In this document: positions 1-16,079 of the stretch, in pieces
Numbering within the stretch: the first letter of the stretch is position 1
Layout: every line of letters begins with the position of its first letter
Assembly: GCA_965261005.1 (NCBI GenBank)
Contig: OZ253375.1
Span: 2,720,001 to 2,784,000, forward strand
Direction: 5' to 3'
Source: Deinococcus sp.
GTDB lineage: Bacteria > Deinococcota > Deinococci > Deinococcales > Deinococcaceae
Length of the DNA: 64,000 bases
The notes under the pieces: model-generated
The model's database searches: none
Told to the model about the DNA's origin: nothing
The model's input: only the letters and a program-made list of their open reading frames with translations
Position numbers and translations under genes: made by a program

Positions 1-129
1 TGGCCGTAGAACGTGAATCGCTTTACCTCTCCCGGCCGCTTCGCTATGCTGGGGAGCGCGGGAACGGACCTGACCACCGGCAATTGAACATCTATTGAAC
101 GGGTTTGGGAGCGTACATAAGGAGCGGTT

Positions 130-723
130 GTGGAACGGATTGCGATGTTTATTGACGGGGCCAACGTGTACGCGGCGGCCAAGCGGCTGGGCTGGAACTT
201 CGATCACCGCAAGATTCTGGAACATTTCGCCGGACTTGGGCGGCTGTACAACGCCTTTTACTACACCGCCGTGCCGTACCCGGTGGACGACAAGCAGAAG
301 CGCTTTATCGACGCGCTGACCTACATGGGCTATACCGTGCGGACCAAGACGCTGCGCGAATTGACCGACGACGCCGGCGAGACGCACCGCCGCGCCAACC
401 TCGACATCGAGCTGGTGACCGACCTGCTCTCCACGGTGGACCTCTACGACACCGCCGTGCTGCTGACCGGCGACGGCGACTTCGAGCGCCCGGTGGAGGT
501 GCTGCGCAGCAAGGGCCGCCGGGTGCTGGTCGCCTCGATTCCCGAGATGACCAGCTACGAGTTGCGCAACGTGGCCGACGAGTACGTGGACCTCGGCACC
601 ATCCGCTCTGCGGTGGAGCGGCCCGGCTACCGCTTGCCCAGCGAGTCGCGCGGCTTTGAGACCCGGCCCTTTTACGTGAACGCCCCAGAGCTGCTGGACG
701 GTGAGGACGCTGGCGAGCGCTGA
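130..723 (+). CDS. NYN domain protein (LabA/DUF88 family)
   Basis: FIDGAN and LTGDGDF motifs; ELRNVADEYVDL C-terminal motif. Confidence 0.9.
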   Translation: MERIAMFIDGANVYAAAKRLGWNFDHRKILEHFAGLGRLYNAFYYTAVPYPVDDKQKRFIDALTYMGYTVRTKTLRELTDDAGETHRRANLDIELVTDLLSTVDLYDTAVLLTGDGDFERPVEVLRSKGRRVLVASIPEMTSYELRNVADEYVDLGTIRSAVERPGYRLPSESRGFETRPFYVNAPELLDGEDAGER

Positions 724-1711
724 CCTGCCCATCGCCCTCGACGCGATGGGCGGCGACGAGGGGAGCGCGCCCAACGTGGCCGGGGCGCTGAGCGCGGCGC
801 GCGCCGGCGTGCGGATGCTGCTGGTGGGGGACCGGGTGCGGCTGCACGCTGAGCTGCCTGGGGAAGCTGCGCGCCTGCCCCTGGAAGTGGTGGACGCGGG
901 CGACGTGATCGGCATGGACGAGCACGCCGGCGACGTGCGCGGCCGGCCCGAGGCCAGCATCAACGTTACGACGCGCTTGGTGAAGGAAGGCCGCGCCGCC
1001 GCCGCCGTCTCGATGGGCCACAGCGGGGCGACCATGGCGAGCGCGCTGTTCACCTTTGGACGCCTCCGGGGAGTGGACCGGCCCGCCATTCTGAACGTTA
1101 TCCCGACCCGCAGGGGCGTGGGCGCGCTGCTCGACGTTGGCGCCAACGCCGACGTGAAACCCCACTACTTGGCCCAATGGGCGCGCCTCGCGAGCGTGTA
1201 TCTGCGCGTGGTACAGGGGAAAGTCTCACCCAGCGTGGGCCTCCTCTCCATCGGTGAGGAGGCCCACAAGGGGAGTGCGCTGGTGCTGGAGGCGCACACC
1301 CTTTTAGAAACGCTCCCCGACATCAACTTCCACGGCAACGTCGAGGGCAACGACATCTTCCTGGGCACCACCGACATCGTGGTGACCGACGGCTTTACGG
1401 GTAACGTCGTCCTCAAGCTGGCCGAGGGCGAGGCGCGGGTGCTGTTCGGCTGGGTCAGGGACGCGCTGGGCAGCTCGGCGCGCAGCAAGCTGGGCGCCCT
1501 GCTGGTGCGCGGCGCGTTGCGGGGCGTGGCCGACAAGCTGGACCCCAGCAGCTACGGCGCCTCGCCGCTGCTAGGCGTGCGCGGCCTGACCATGATCGGG
1601 CACGGCAAGTCCGACGCCCGCGCGGTGGAGAACGCCTTGTTGCACGCCGCGCGGGCACGCGACTTGAACTTGCTGGGACGTTTGGAAAGCGCCATGCAAG
1701 ACGGGACTTGA
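701..1711 (+). CDS. plsX: Phosphate acyltransferase PlsX
   Basis: IALDAMGGD, LLDVGAN, TDGFTGNV and HGKS motifs. Confidence 0.95.
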   Translation: MRTLASADLPIALDAMGGDEGSAPNVAGALSAARAGVRMLLVGDRVRLHAELPGEAARLPLEVVDAGDVIGMDEHAGDVRGRPEASINVTTRLVKEGRAAAAVSMGHSGATMASALFTFGRLRGVDRPAILNVIPTRRGVGALLDVGANADVKPHYLAQWARLASVYLRVVQGKVSPSVGLLSIGEEAHKGSALVLEAHTLLETLPDINFHGNVEGNDIFLGTTDIVVTDGFTGNVVLKLAEGEARVLFGWVRDALGSSARSKLGALLVRGALRGVADKLDPSSYGASPLLGVRGLTMIGHGKSDARAVENALLHAARARDLNLLGRLESAMQDGT

Positions 1712-1730
1712 CACGCCGGGACCTGACGCG

Positions 1731-2803
1731 TTGTCCGGGACCGTGCTGGAAACCCTGCGCCGGCCCGGCACTTGGCTGACCCTCGCGCTCAACCTGCTGA
1801 TCATGTTGGCGGTCTGGCGGGTCGGCCTGTCGCTGGCCCGCTTGGTGGTCGGGACCTGGCCGGCGCGGGTGCGCGCCGTGCTCAGATTTGTCTGGACGCT
1901 GGGCGCGCTGTACGTGCTGCTGGCGCTGGTCGTCCACACCCTGAACTGGCAAGTCGAGCCGCTGTTTACTCAGGGCGCCCTCGTCTCCGCGTGGTTCCGC
2001 GCCTCGGCGGGGCGCACCGTGGCCGTTCTGGTGCTGGCGACCATCGCCTGGAACTTGGTCTCGCTGACCGCCTCGCGCGTGGTGCCGTCGAGCGAGTTCA
2101 CCCGCCTGAGCGTGCGGGTGCAAACGCTCAAGAGCGTGGTGGAGTCCTCGCTGCGGGTGGGCATCGTGACCATCGCCCTGCTGAGCGTGCTGGACAACCT
2201 CGGCGTCAAGACGACCACGCTGCTGGCGGGAGTGTCGGTGCTGGGCCTGGCGGTCTCCTTTGGCGCGCAGAGCCTGGTGCGCGACGTGATCGCTGGCTTC
2301 TTCGTGCTGCTCGAAGACCAGTACGGCGTGGGCGACGTCGTCACCGTCAACAGCGGCCCGCTGACCGGGGCGGTCGAGCGCCTGAATTTGCGCTTCACCG
2401 CCCTGCGTGCCCTGGACGGCACCCTGCACATCGTGCCCAACGGCCAGATCAACACCGTCAGCGTGATGAGCAAGGACTGGTCGCGGGTGGTGGCCCTGGT
2501 CAGCTTGCCGCCGACCGCCGACGTGGACGCGGCCATCGCCCTCTTAGGGCGGGTGTCGCGTGACCTCCACGCCGACCCCGCGTGGGGAGACAAGTTCCTG
2601 GAGGAACCCAGCGTGGAGGGCGTCACCACCCTCAGCAAGGACGGCTTCGAGGTGCGCGCCCTCTTCAAGGTGCTGCCCAAGGCCCAGTGGACGGTAGGCC
2701 GCGAGTTCAACCGCCGCATGAAGCTGGCCCTCGACGAGGTGGGCCTGGGCGGTTTGCGCCCGCAGCTCGCCATCGTGCGCCAAGCCGAGCCGCCCATTAC
2801 CAG

Positions 2804-2807
<4 letters not shown>
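1731..2807 (+). CDS. Small-conductance mechanosensitive channel (MscS family)
   Basis: TM helices then GLAVSFGAQSLVRDVIAGFF, GDVV, IVPNG. Confidence 0.9.
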
Positions 2808-4594
<1,787 letters not shown>

Positions 4595-4719
4595 GGGGTC
4601 ATGCTAGGGCTTGGAAGCGAAGGCATGTCCCGCCCAACTCGCAATCTGCCCCCAATTCGGCAAAGGTGTCTTCAGAAAGACGTCAGCCGAGGGTCAGCGC
4701 CCCCGAATACGCTCGGCCC

Positions 4720-5235
4720 ATGAAACAGGCTTTGTTGTTGGGGGCGCTCGCTCTGGGCCTCAGCGCGTGCCGGGTCACGGTGCAGCCCAGTACGGTGCAG
4801 CCGGGTGTGGTCCAGCCGGGCGCGGGCGTGTCGGTCGCGGCGCGGCCGAACCTGATCACCACCCTGCGCCCCGAGCGCGGCGCGGGCAGCGTGTACTACG
4901 TGGGCGAGCGCGTCCGCTTCGACGTCCGCACCCGCACCGCCGGCTACCTGACCTTGGTGGCGCTTGACCCCGACGGCTACGGCAACGTGCTGCTGCGCGA
5001 CACCTACGTTGCGGCCGGCCGCACGCTGGTCGGCGCCAACTACGCCCTGCAAATCACGCCGCCGCGCGGCTTGGAGCGCGTCCGCGCCATTTTCACCACC
5101 TCGCGCCCACGCGGCAACATCGTGTTTTCGGGCCGCTACGACCAGCGCGGCTTTAACAGCTACACCGACAGCTACCTGAACGGCTACGGCCCGGGTGCGC
5201 GCGACGTCGCCGAGACGTACCTATACATCCGTTGA
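4720..5235 (+). CDS. DUF4384-like lipoprotein
   Basis: ATG 4720 six nt after TACGCT; lipobox LSAC; YYVGERVRFDVRTRTAGYLTLVALDPDG pattern. Confidence 0.75.
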   Translation: MKQALLLGALALGLSACRVTVQPSTVQPGVVQPGAGVSVAARPNLITTLRPERGAGSVYYVGERVRFDVRTRTAGYLTLVALDPDGYGNVLLRDTYVAAGRTLVGANYALQITPPRGLERVRAIFTTSRPRGNIVFSGRYDQRGFNSYTDSYLNGYGPGARDVAETYLYIR

Positions 5236-5285
5236 GCTGGTCCACTCGTTAAAACGGCGGGGGAAAATGCTGATAGCTTTTCCCC

Positions 5286-5609
5286 ATGCCCCTCACCTTT
5301 GAAAACGCCGCGCGGCGGGTGGACGCCTACATCTCGCAGTTCGAGGAGGGCTACTTCCCGCCGCTCCTGATGCTCGCGCGCCTGACCGAGGAGACCGGCG
5401 AGGTCGCGCGGGTGATCGCGCACCAAAGCGGTAAGACGCCGAAAAAGGGCGAGGACGTGGGCGACCTGGAGTTGGAGTTGGCCGACCTGCTGTTCGTGAT
5501 GCTCTGCATGGCCAACGAGCGCGGCCTGAATTTAGAGCGCGGCTTTGATCGCGTGATGGAAAAAATTGAGACCAGGGACGCCGGAAGATGGACCAGGAAA
5601 GGGGCCTGA
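5286..5609 (+). CDS. MazG-like nucleotide pyrophosphohydrolase (YpjD type)
   Basis: RLTEETGEVAR and ELADLLF motifs. Confidence 0.9.
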   Translation: MPLTFENAARRVDAYISQFEEGYFPPLLMLARLTEETGEVARVIAHQSGKTPKKGEDVGDLELELADLLFVMLCMANERGLNLERGFDRVMEKIETRDAGRWTRKGA

Positions 5610-6133
5610 TGGACGCGCGCTATCCCGTCGGCCCGTTCGTGGGGCGGCCCGCGTCCACGCGGGAAGAGCGGGCGCCCCTTATCCGCGACTTGGGGGCGCT
5701 GCCCGCCGACTTTCGCGCCGCCCTGGCCGGGCTTTCGGACGCGCAGCTCGACACGCCTTACCGCGCGGGCGGCTGGACGCTGCGGCAAGTCGCGCACCAC
5801 CTCCCGGACAGCCACCTCAACGCCTACCTGCGCATGAAGCTGGCCCTGACCGAGGAGGCTCCCACCATCAAGCCCTACGACGAGGCGCGCTGGGCCGAGT
5901 TGCCTGACACAACATTGCCGGTGGAGGTGTCGTTGCGCTTGTTGGAGGCGCTGCACGAACGCTGGACCTCACTGCTGGTCAGCTTGCACGAGGCGGACTG
6001 GCAACGTGGCTTCGTGAACCCGGAGCGTGGGGGCGTGACGCCGCTGGGCGAGGCCCTGGCGATGTACGTCTGGCACGGGCGGCACCACCTCGCGCACGTC
6101 ACGCGCCTGCGCCGGGAGCGGGGCTGGACCTGA
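5609..6133 (+). CDS. YfiT/BstA-type bacillithiol transferase (DinB superfamily)
   Basis: RYPVG, GWTLRQVAHHLPDSH, YVWHGRHHLAH; ATG overlaps upstream TGA. Confidence 0.9.
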   Translation: MDARYPVGPFVGRPASTREERAPLIRDLGALPADFRAALAGLSDAQLDTPYRAGGWTLRQVAHHLPDSHLNAYLRMKLALTEEAPTIKPYDEARWAELPDTTLPVEVSLRLLEALHERWTSLLVSLHEADWQRGFVNPERGGVTPLGEALAMYVWHGRHHLAHVTRLRRERGWT

Positions 6134-6241
6134 ACATCCCCTTGCCGCTGTAAGAAACTTGTCATTTCCCCCCCTCTATCTTGACGGCGCCCTGTTTGAC
6201 GGCGATTTGGGCGCGAAACGGCGCGGTTTTCTTGGGAGGAA

Positions 6242-7300
6242 ATGCTCAGCGACCTGGTTGTCAATTTTTGCGTGGTGGTGGCCTTGGCTTTTGTGGCGGG
6301 CGTGACGCTCAGGTTGCCCAGTTGGCCCGGAAGGGCGGCGCGCCTGCTGATCGCGGTGGCGGCCTGCGCCCTGCTCGCGCGCCTCGCCCCGGCGTCGTGG
6401 CTCGACCTCAGCTTGGCGTCCCCCGCGTTGGCCGCGCTGCTGTTCGGCCCGCTGGCCGCGCTGATCGTGGCCGCTTTGGTCGTCGCGCTCCAAGTGGCGC
6501 AGGGGGCGGCGGGCGTCTGGCCCCTCGCTGCGGGCCTCGGCGGCGTGGTGGCGGTGAGCTTGCCGCTGTGGCGCTGGCGAACGGACGTGCTCGACGCCCT
6601 CAGCGTGGACCTGCTGGGCGCGGGCGTCTTCAGGCGAACCTGGTGGACGCCCCTGGCCTTGCTGGTGGCCGGCGACTTGGCCGCCTCACTGGTGGCGGGC
6701 GCGCCCTGGAACGCGCCCCGGGCCGCCGCGCTGCTGGGCATGCAGTTGGCGGCGGTGGCGCTGGGGCTGTGGGCGCTCTACGTGTTGCGCCGGCCCGGGG
6801 GCGAGGTGCCCCCCTCGCCTCCCGTCGCCTTTACCGACGAACTCACCGGCGTGTTCAACCGCCGTCAGTTCGACGACGACTTGGCTGAGCTGAGCGGTGA
6901 CGGCCCGGCCTTTTTGCTGCTGCTCGACCTCGACCACTTCAAGCGGGTCAACGACAGCCGCGGTCACGCCTTTGGGGATGAGGTGCTGGCCCGTTGCGCC
7001 CGGCTGCTGCACGAGTACGTCCGGTTGCAGGACCGAATCTATCGCTACGGCGGCGAGGCCTTTGCGGTGGTGCTGCGCGGCTGCACCCCCGAGCAGGCGG
7101 CGCGCGTGGCCGAGCGGGTGCGCGGCGCGGTGGAGCAGCGCCTCGGCCGGCTCGCCGGCGACCCCAGCTTGCAGCTGACCGTCTCGGCGGGCTTGGTGGA
7201 ACTGCACCCGGGGCAGGTCAAGGCCGAGCTGCTGGAGGCCGACACGCTGCTCTACGCGGCCAAGGCGGCGGGCCGCAACCGGGTGATGCAGGCTTCTTAG
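6242..7300 (+). CDS. Membrane GGDEF domain protein (signature reads GGEAF)
   Basis: Hydrophobic N-terminus; TDELTGVFNRR, DLDHFKRVND, RYGGEAF, AKAAGRN. Confidence 0.88.
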   Translation: MLSDLVVNFCVVVALAFVAGVTLRLPSWPGRAARLLIAVAACALLARLAPASWLDLSLASPALAALLFGPLAALIVAALVVALQVAQGAAGVWPLAAGLGGVVAVSLPLWRWRTDVLDALSVDLLGAGVFRRTWWTPLALLVAGDLAASLVAGAPWNAPRAAALLGMQLAAVALGLWALYVLRRPGGEVPPSPPVAFTDELTGVFNRRQFDDDLAELSGDGPAFLLLLDLDHFKRVNDSRGHAFGDEVLARCARLLHEYVRLQDRIYRYGGEAFAVVLRGCTPEQAARVAERVRGAVEQRLGRLAGDPSLQLTVSAGLVELHPGQVKAELLEADTLLYAAKAAGRNRVMQAS

Positions 7301-7317
7301 CCCAAAAGATCTTGGCT

Positions 7318-8754
<1,437 letters not shown>

Positions 8755-8775
8755 GGGGTCAGTATCGCCGAACGG

Positions 8776-9399
8776 CTAGCTCAGCAGCGGCACGCCGAAG
8801 CCCAGCGCCTCGATCCGGTCGCAAATCCAGCCGAAGGCGGCCGGGTCGTTCACGAAGTCGAGGCGGTCCCCCGGCACCCGCACGACCGGCGAGTGGCCGT
8901 AGCCCTCGGCCCAGGCGCCGTAGAGCTTGTTCAGCCCGGCCAGGTAGACGTCCGGAATGGCCTGCTCGTAGTCGCGCCCGCGCCGCCGAATGCGCCCCCG
9001 CAGCGTTTCCAAACCGGCGTCTATGTGAATGAGGAGGTCGGGCACGCGCAGGGCGGGCAGGATGCCGTGGTAGAGGCCGCAGTAGGTGTCCCAATCGCGC
9101 GCCTCCATCTGGTCCGTCTCGAACAGGTGGCGCGCGAAGATGCCCGCGTCCTCGAAGACGGTGCGGTCCTGAATCACGCCGCCCACGCCGTTGATCAGAC
9201 TCAGGTGCTGCTCCAGCCGCTTGGAAAGAAAAAAGACCTGGCTGTGAAAGCTGTAGCGGCGCATGTCGCGGTAAAAGTCTTCCAGGTACGGGTTCTCTTG
9301 GTACGGCTCGTAGACCGGCGCGAGGCCGTAGCGACCGCTAAGCAAGGCCGTCAGGCTACTTTTGCCGCTGCCGATGTTGCCGGAGATGGCCAGGTACAT
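8776..9399 (-). CDS. Deoxynucleoside kinase
   Basis: MYLAISGNIGSGKS P-loop, NPYLEDFY, QDRTVFED, RGRDYE. Confidence 0.92.
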   Translation of the reverse strand: MYLAISGNIGSGKSSLTALLSGRYGLAPVYEPYQENPYLEDFYRDMRRYSFHSQVFFLSKRLEQHLSLINGVGGVIQDRTVFEDAGIFARHLFETDQMEARDWDTYCGLYHGILPALRVPDLLIHIDAGLETLRGRIRRRGRDYEQAIPDVYLAGLNKLYGAWAEGYGHSPVVRVPGDRLDFVNDPAAFGWICDRIEALGFGVPLLS

Positions 9400-9463
9400 T
9401 GGCAGGCATGATACCCGCCGCGCCTTTATGAGCGGATGAGTCGGCGGCGCTGTATGCTGCGGC

Positions 9464-9946
9464 ATGACCCAAACTGCAAGCCGTCCGAGACCGGTCGTGA
9501 TCTTGGTTGTGATCGCCATCGTCGTCGCGCTGATCGTGTTCGCCCTGGGCTACTATCTGGGCCGCGCGCCTGTGGCCAGTCTGCAAACCCAGGCCACCCA
9601 AGCTCAGCAGGCCCTCGCTACCGCCCAAGTGCGCGCGGACGTGCAGTCGGCGCGGGCCTACCTGTACCAAAGCGCGGCCGACCTCGACTTGCGCAACTTC
9701 GGCACCGCCAACAGCGATCTCGCGTCGGCGGGGCAGAACATGAAGCAGGTGGTGGGCCGTCTCGGAACGGCGGGCGTCTCGGGCGACGTCGCCCAACAGC
9801 TTCAAAAGCTCCAGCAGCAGGTGAGCGCCACCAACCTAAGCGTCGCCGTGAACTTACAGCGTCAGCGCGACCAGGTGCTGGGTTTCGCCAAGCAGGCCAC
9901 CCAATTGGCCGGCCAGCTGCCCGCCGGCCAAGCGGCCGGGCAGTAA
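9464..9946 (+). CDS. Hypothetical membrane-anchored helical protein
   Basis: Single N-terminal TM segment, Q/A-rich helical body, TATGCT just upstream of ATG. Confidence 0.75.
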   Translation: MTQTASRPRPVVILVVIAIVVALIVFALGYYLGRAPVASLQTQATQAQQALATAQVRADVQSARAYLYQSAADLDLRNFGTANSDLASAGQNMKQVVGRLGTAGVSGDVAQQLQKLQQQVSATNLSVAVNLQRQRDQVLGFAKQATQLAGQLPAGQAAGQ

Positions 9947-10049
9947 TAGGATTCCGCTGAGTTCCTCAACATCGCGAAACCCGTATCTTTTCCTATCCGC
10001 TCCGCTGGAAAGCCTATCAACTTCGTTGACAGACTTTCCGGAATTTGTA
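9947..10049. repeat. Deinococcus-type small intergenic repeat (MITE-like)
   Basis: Terminal IR GGATTCCG/CGGAATTT; internal hairpin 10007-10039; between convergent stop codons. Confidence 0.6.
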
Positions 10050-10051
10050 AG

Positions 10052-11143
10052 CTACTCCCCCGTCCGCTTGGCCAGCGGCACCTTGACGTTCACCTCTTTG
10101 CGGTTGCGCCACAGCTTGAGCAGCACGGTGTCGCCGGGCCGTTTGGCCGCCACCAAGCGGATCACGTCGTACTGGTTGCGCACCCGCACGCCGTCCACCG
10201 CCACGATCACGTCGCCGAGGGACACCAGCTGTCCTTGGGCGTTGGTCAGGCTGGCCTGAAGGTTGGCGCGCGCCCCGGTCGAGCCGGCGGGCACGTCCAC
10301 CACCAAGGCGCCCTCGCTGGAGGTGAGGCCCACCGCCTTGCGCAGGGCTGGATCGAGGTTGGCGAGGTCTTGAAAGGTCACGCCCAGCGTGCCGCGCTGG
10401 GGTACGCCCACCCGCTCCAAGTCCGACAGCGACTGCGCCACCAAGTTGGCGGGCAGGGCCACGCCGATCAGGCCGGGCAAAAAGCTGTTGCCGGCGGCGT
10501 TGGCGTCCGCGACCCCCACGACGTTGCCGCGCGAGTCCAGCACCGGGCCGCCGCTGTTGCCTTGCTGAATGCTGGCGGTGGTCAGCAGGTACTGACCGAC
10601 CTCCAGACCCAAGTTGTCGCTGCGCTGCGTGCTCACGTTGGCCGAGGTGGAGTACACGCCGGTGGCGATGAAGTTTTGGTACTTCAGCGGCGCGCCGATC
10701 ACGATCAGCTTTTGGCCGGGAATGAGCAGGGCGCTGGAGCCGAAACCGAGCGTCTTGGGCGCGTTCACGCCGCTGACCCGTAAAATGGCGATGTCGATAC
10801 CGGGATCCACCCCCTCCAGCTTGGCGGCCACCGTGCGCCCGTCGTACAGGGTGACGGTGATGCTGTCCTGAAACTGGACGACGTGGTAGTTGGTGATGAT
10901 CAGGTTGGATTTGTAAAAAAAGCCCGAGCCGGTCTCGATGGGGTCATCGCCGGGCTGAAGCTGCGACTTAGGCACCCGCGCGTCCACCCGCACCACCGCC
11001 TTGATGGCGCCGGAGTAGACCTCGACGTTGTTGATCTCGTCGGGCGTGACCAGGGCGCGCGCCGCCGTGACCCGGCCCGCCAGGTAGGCGAAGCCCAACA
11101 AGGCGCTCAGCCCCAATACCATCGCCCAGCGGCGCCACGTCAT
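10052..11143 (-). CDS. S1C (HtrA/DegP-like) serine protease with PDZ domain
   Basis: GSGF, TNYHVV, DIAIL, GNSGGP; C-terminal GDVIVAVDG. Confidence 0.93.
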   Translation of the reverse strand: MTWRRWAMVLGLSALLGFAYLAGRVTAARALVTPDEINNVEVYSGAIKAVVRVDARVPKSQLQPGDDPIETGSGFFYKSNLIITNYHVVQFQDSITVTLYDGRTVAAKLEGVDPGIDIAILRVSGVNAPKTLGFGSSALLIPGQKLIVIGAPLKYQNFIATGVYSTSANVSTQRSDNLGLEVGQYLLTTASIQQGNSGGPVLDSRGNVVGVADANAAGNSFLPGLIGVALPANLVAQSLSDLERVGVPQRGTLGVTFQDLANLDPALRKAVGLTSSEGALVVDVPAGSTGARANLQASLTNAQGQLVSLGDVIVAVDGVRVRNQYDVIRLVAAKRPGDTVLLKLWRNRKEVNVKVPLAKRTGE

Positions 11144-11155
11144 GGTCGTCTCCCT

Positions 11156-11458
11156 TTAGTCCGAACTCTTGGCGGCACTTTTGGCCGCGCCCTGAGCTGG
11201 GGCGGGCGCTTTTTCGGCGCTCGCCCCAGCCTGGGGTGAGCTGCCTTTGGCGCCCTCTTTCTGGGCGGCCCCTTTTTCTGAACCCCGGCTGTCGTTCACG
11301 TAGAAGCCGGAACCCTTAAAGGCGATGCCGGGCCGGGCCACCACGCGCTTGATCGGCTCGCCGGTCTCGGGGTGCTGTGTGAGGGCCTCGTCGCGCATGC
11401 TCTGCTTGATCTCGTGGATCTCGCCGCTGTTCAGGTTTTTATACAGATAGGTGGGCAT
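11156..11458 (-). CDS. FmdB-family regulatory protein
   Basis: MPTYLYK and GIAFKGSGFYVND; the usual zinc-ribbon cysteines are absent. Confidence 0.85.
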   Translation of the reverse strand: MPTYLYKNLNSGEIHEIKQSMRDEALTQHPETGEPIKRVVARPGIAFKGSGFYVNDSRGSEKGAAQKEGAKGSSPQAGASAEKAPAPAQGAAKSAAKSSD

Positions 11459-11619
11459 CGCCGGTCCTCCGGAGGGCATGCTAGCAAACGCCCTGTGTAC
11501 AATTGTGACGTCCTTGCGCCGAAATTCGGCTTGGGCGCGTCAAAACGTAGGTACGCGGCGCGCGGCTTTTTGGATGTCGTGCGCCCGACGTTCCGCCTGA
11601 ACATCCCCACGAGGTCGCC

Positions 11620-12426
11620 GTGTCCACCCCTTTAGAACTGGTCCTTTCAGAGCGGCGCGGCCCGGTCGCCCTGCTGACCCTCCACCGCCCCGAGGTGCGC
11701 AACGCCCTCTCCGGCGACTTGCTGGCGGCCCTCTCGGCCCGCTTGGAGGAGTTGCGCGCAGACGCCGGCGTGCGCGGCGTGGTCCTGACCGGGGCCGGCA
11801 AGGTTTTTTGTGCCGGGGCCGATCTGCGCGAGCTGCACTCACTCGGCGCGGCCTCCAGCGAGGCCAACAAGCGGGACTCGGCGCGCCTGGCCGACCTCTT
11901 ACACGCCGTCTACACCTTTCCCAAGCCGGTCATCGCGGCCGTCGAGGGCGCCGCCGTGGCGGGCGGGGCGGGCCTGGCGAGCGCCTGCGACCTGATCGTG
12001 GCGGGGGAGGGGGCCAAGTTCGGCTACACCGAGGTGAGGCTGGGCTTCGTGGCGGCCGTCGTGATGGTCTTTTTACTGCGCGCCGTGGGCGAAAAGCACG
12101 CCCGTCAGCTGCTGCTTGGGGGCCAGCTGGTGCCGGCGGGGGAGGTGCAGCGCATGGGACTGGTGGCCGAGCTGGTGCCGGACGGTACAGCCGTGGAGCG
12201 CGCCCTCGCCCTGGCCGCCGAACTGGCCCGCCACTCTCCCACCGCCCTCGCCACCACCAAGGAGATGCTGGCCCACCTGCCCGGCATGGGGCTGGAGGAG
12301 GCATTGCGCTACGCGGTCACGGTCAACGCCTGGACCCGCACGACAAGCGACCTGCGAGAGGGCGTGACGGCCTTTTTGGAGGGGCGCGCGCCGGCGTGGC
12401 CGCAAGGGGAGGAAACCAAAAGGTAA
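11620..12426 (+). CDS. Enoyl-CoA hydratase family protein (methylglutaconyl-CoA hydratase-like)
   Basis: RPEVRNAL, FCAGADL, AVAGGAGL, TEVRLG. Confidence 0.88.
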   Translation: MSTPLELVLSERRGPVALLTLHRPEVRNALSGDLLAALSARLEELRADAGVRGVVLTGAGKVFCAGADLRELHSLGAASSEANKRDSARLADLLHAVYTFPKPVIAAVEGAAVAGGAGLASACDLIVAGEGAKFGYTEVRLGFVAAVVMVFLLRAVGEKHARQLLLGGQLVPAGEVQRMGLVAELVPDGTAVERALALAAELARHSPTALATTKEMLAHLPGMGLEEALRYAVTVNAWTRTTSDLREGVTAFLEGRAPAWPQGEETKR

Positions 12427-12484
12427 GGAAAAACGCTCTGCGCCCATTCATCTCGCTTCACGCCCTCGTCTGTCATGCTGAGTT

Positions 12485-13567
12485 ATGGACAACTCGACTG
12501 AGCCACACCTGGACGCCCGCGCGGACCTGCTGCCCCTCAGCGACCGGGGCGAGGTGCTCGAAACGCCCCAAAGCGTGCTGCGCGCCCACCCGCTGACGCC
12601 GCAGGACGTGATGTTCGTGCGCAACAACAACCCTTACCCGGTGGGCGCCGACACCCTGGAAAGCGTGCCGCTCTCGGGCGAGTTGGACATCGGCGGCTTG
12701 GTGGAGTGTCCCTTCACCCTCGACCTGACCCGCCTGCGCGAGCTGCCCTACCTAGAAGTCGAGATGGTGATGCAGTGCGCCGGCAACGGCCGCGCCTTTT
12801 ATCAGGACGCCGATCAGATTGACGGCAGCCAGTGGACGCGCGGCGGCGTGCTGAACGGCGTGTTCGGCGGGGTGCGCGTCCGGGACGTGCTGGAGCGGGC
12901 GGGCGTCCGGCCAAGCGCCCGCTACCTGACCGCCACCGGAGCCGACGCCCCCAAGGACGGCACGGACGGCCCCTACGAAAAGAGCGTGCCCCTGGCGGAC
13001 GCGCTGGAGCACGGCTTGATCGCCTTTAGCTCGAACGGCGAGCCGCTGTGCGGCGCCCACGGCGGCCCCATCCGCTTGCTGATGCCCGGCTACTTCGGCA
13101 CCGTGAACGTCAAGTGGCTGCGCCGCCTGACCCTGACCGAGCAGGAAACCCGGCACGAGGCCCAGCAAGAGCGTTACCGGGTGCCGCTGCCGGAAGGAGG
13201 CTCGCGCCCGTGTTGGCGCCAGCCGCTCAAGAGCGTGATCTTACATCCACAGCCCGGCGAGACGTTGGGCAGGGTCGGTAGCGCCTCGGGCGCTGCCTGG
13301 AACGACGGCGCCATTGGAATCGAGAAGGTGGAGGTCAGCCTTGACGCCGGCCAGACTTGGCAGGCGGCCGAGCTGGAGCCGGCGCGCGGTCCCTTCGGCT
13401 GGCGGCGCTGGTCGCTGGCGCTCGGCCTACCCCCCGGCGAACACGAGCTGTGGTGCCACGCCACCGACGAAACCGGCCGCAGTCAGCCTCTCGACGGCAA
13501 CGCCACCTGGAATCCCGAGGGCTACGAGTGGCACGGGGTGGACAAGGTGCGCTTTGCGGTGAGGTAG
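12485..13567 (+). CDS. Sulfite oxidase family molybdoenzyme (no obvious export signal)
   Basis: FVRNN, MQCAGNGR, HGGPIRLLMPGYFG, VKWL. Confidence 0.88.
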   Translation: MDNSTEPHLDARADLLPLSDRGEVLETPQSVLRAHPLTPQDVMFVRNNNPYPVGADTLESVPLSGELDIGGLVECPFTLDLTRLRELPYLEVEMVMQCAGNGRAFYQDADQIDGSQWTRGGVLNGVFGGVRVRDVLERAGVRPSARYLTATGADAPKDGTDGPYEKSVPLADALEHGLIAFSSNGEPLCGAHGGPIRLLMPGYFGTVNVKWLRRLTLTEQETRHEAQQERYRVPLPEGGSRPCWRQPLKSVILHPQPGETLGRVGSASGAAWNDGAIGIEKVEVSLDAGQTWQAAELEPARGPFGWRRWSLALGLPPGEHELWCHATDETGRSQPLDGNATWNPEGYEWHGVDKVRFAVR

Positions 13568-13568
13568 G

Positions 13569-16075
<2,507 letters not shown>

Positions 16076-16079
<4 letters not shown>

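Noticed and set aside
649..672. REP-like similarity (GGCTTTGAGACCCGGCCC) in the NYN gene tail
   Set aside because: Short, mismatched and not palindromic enough; may be chance.
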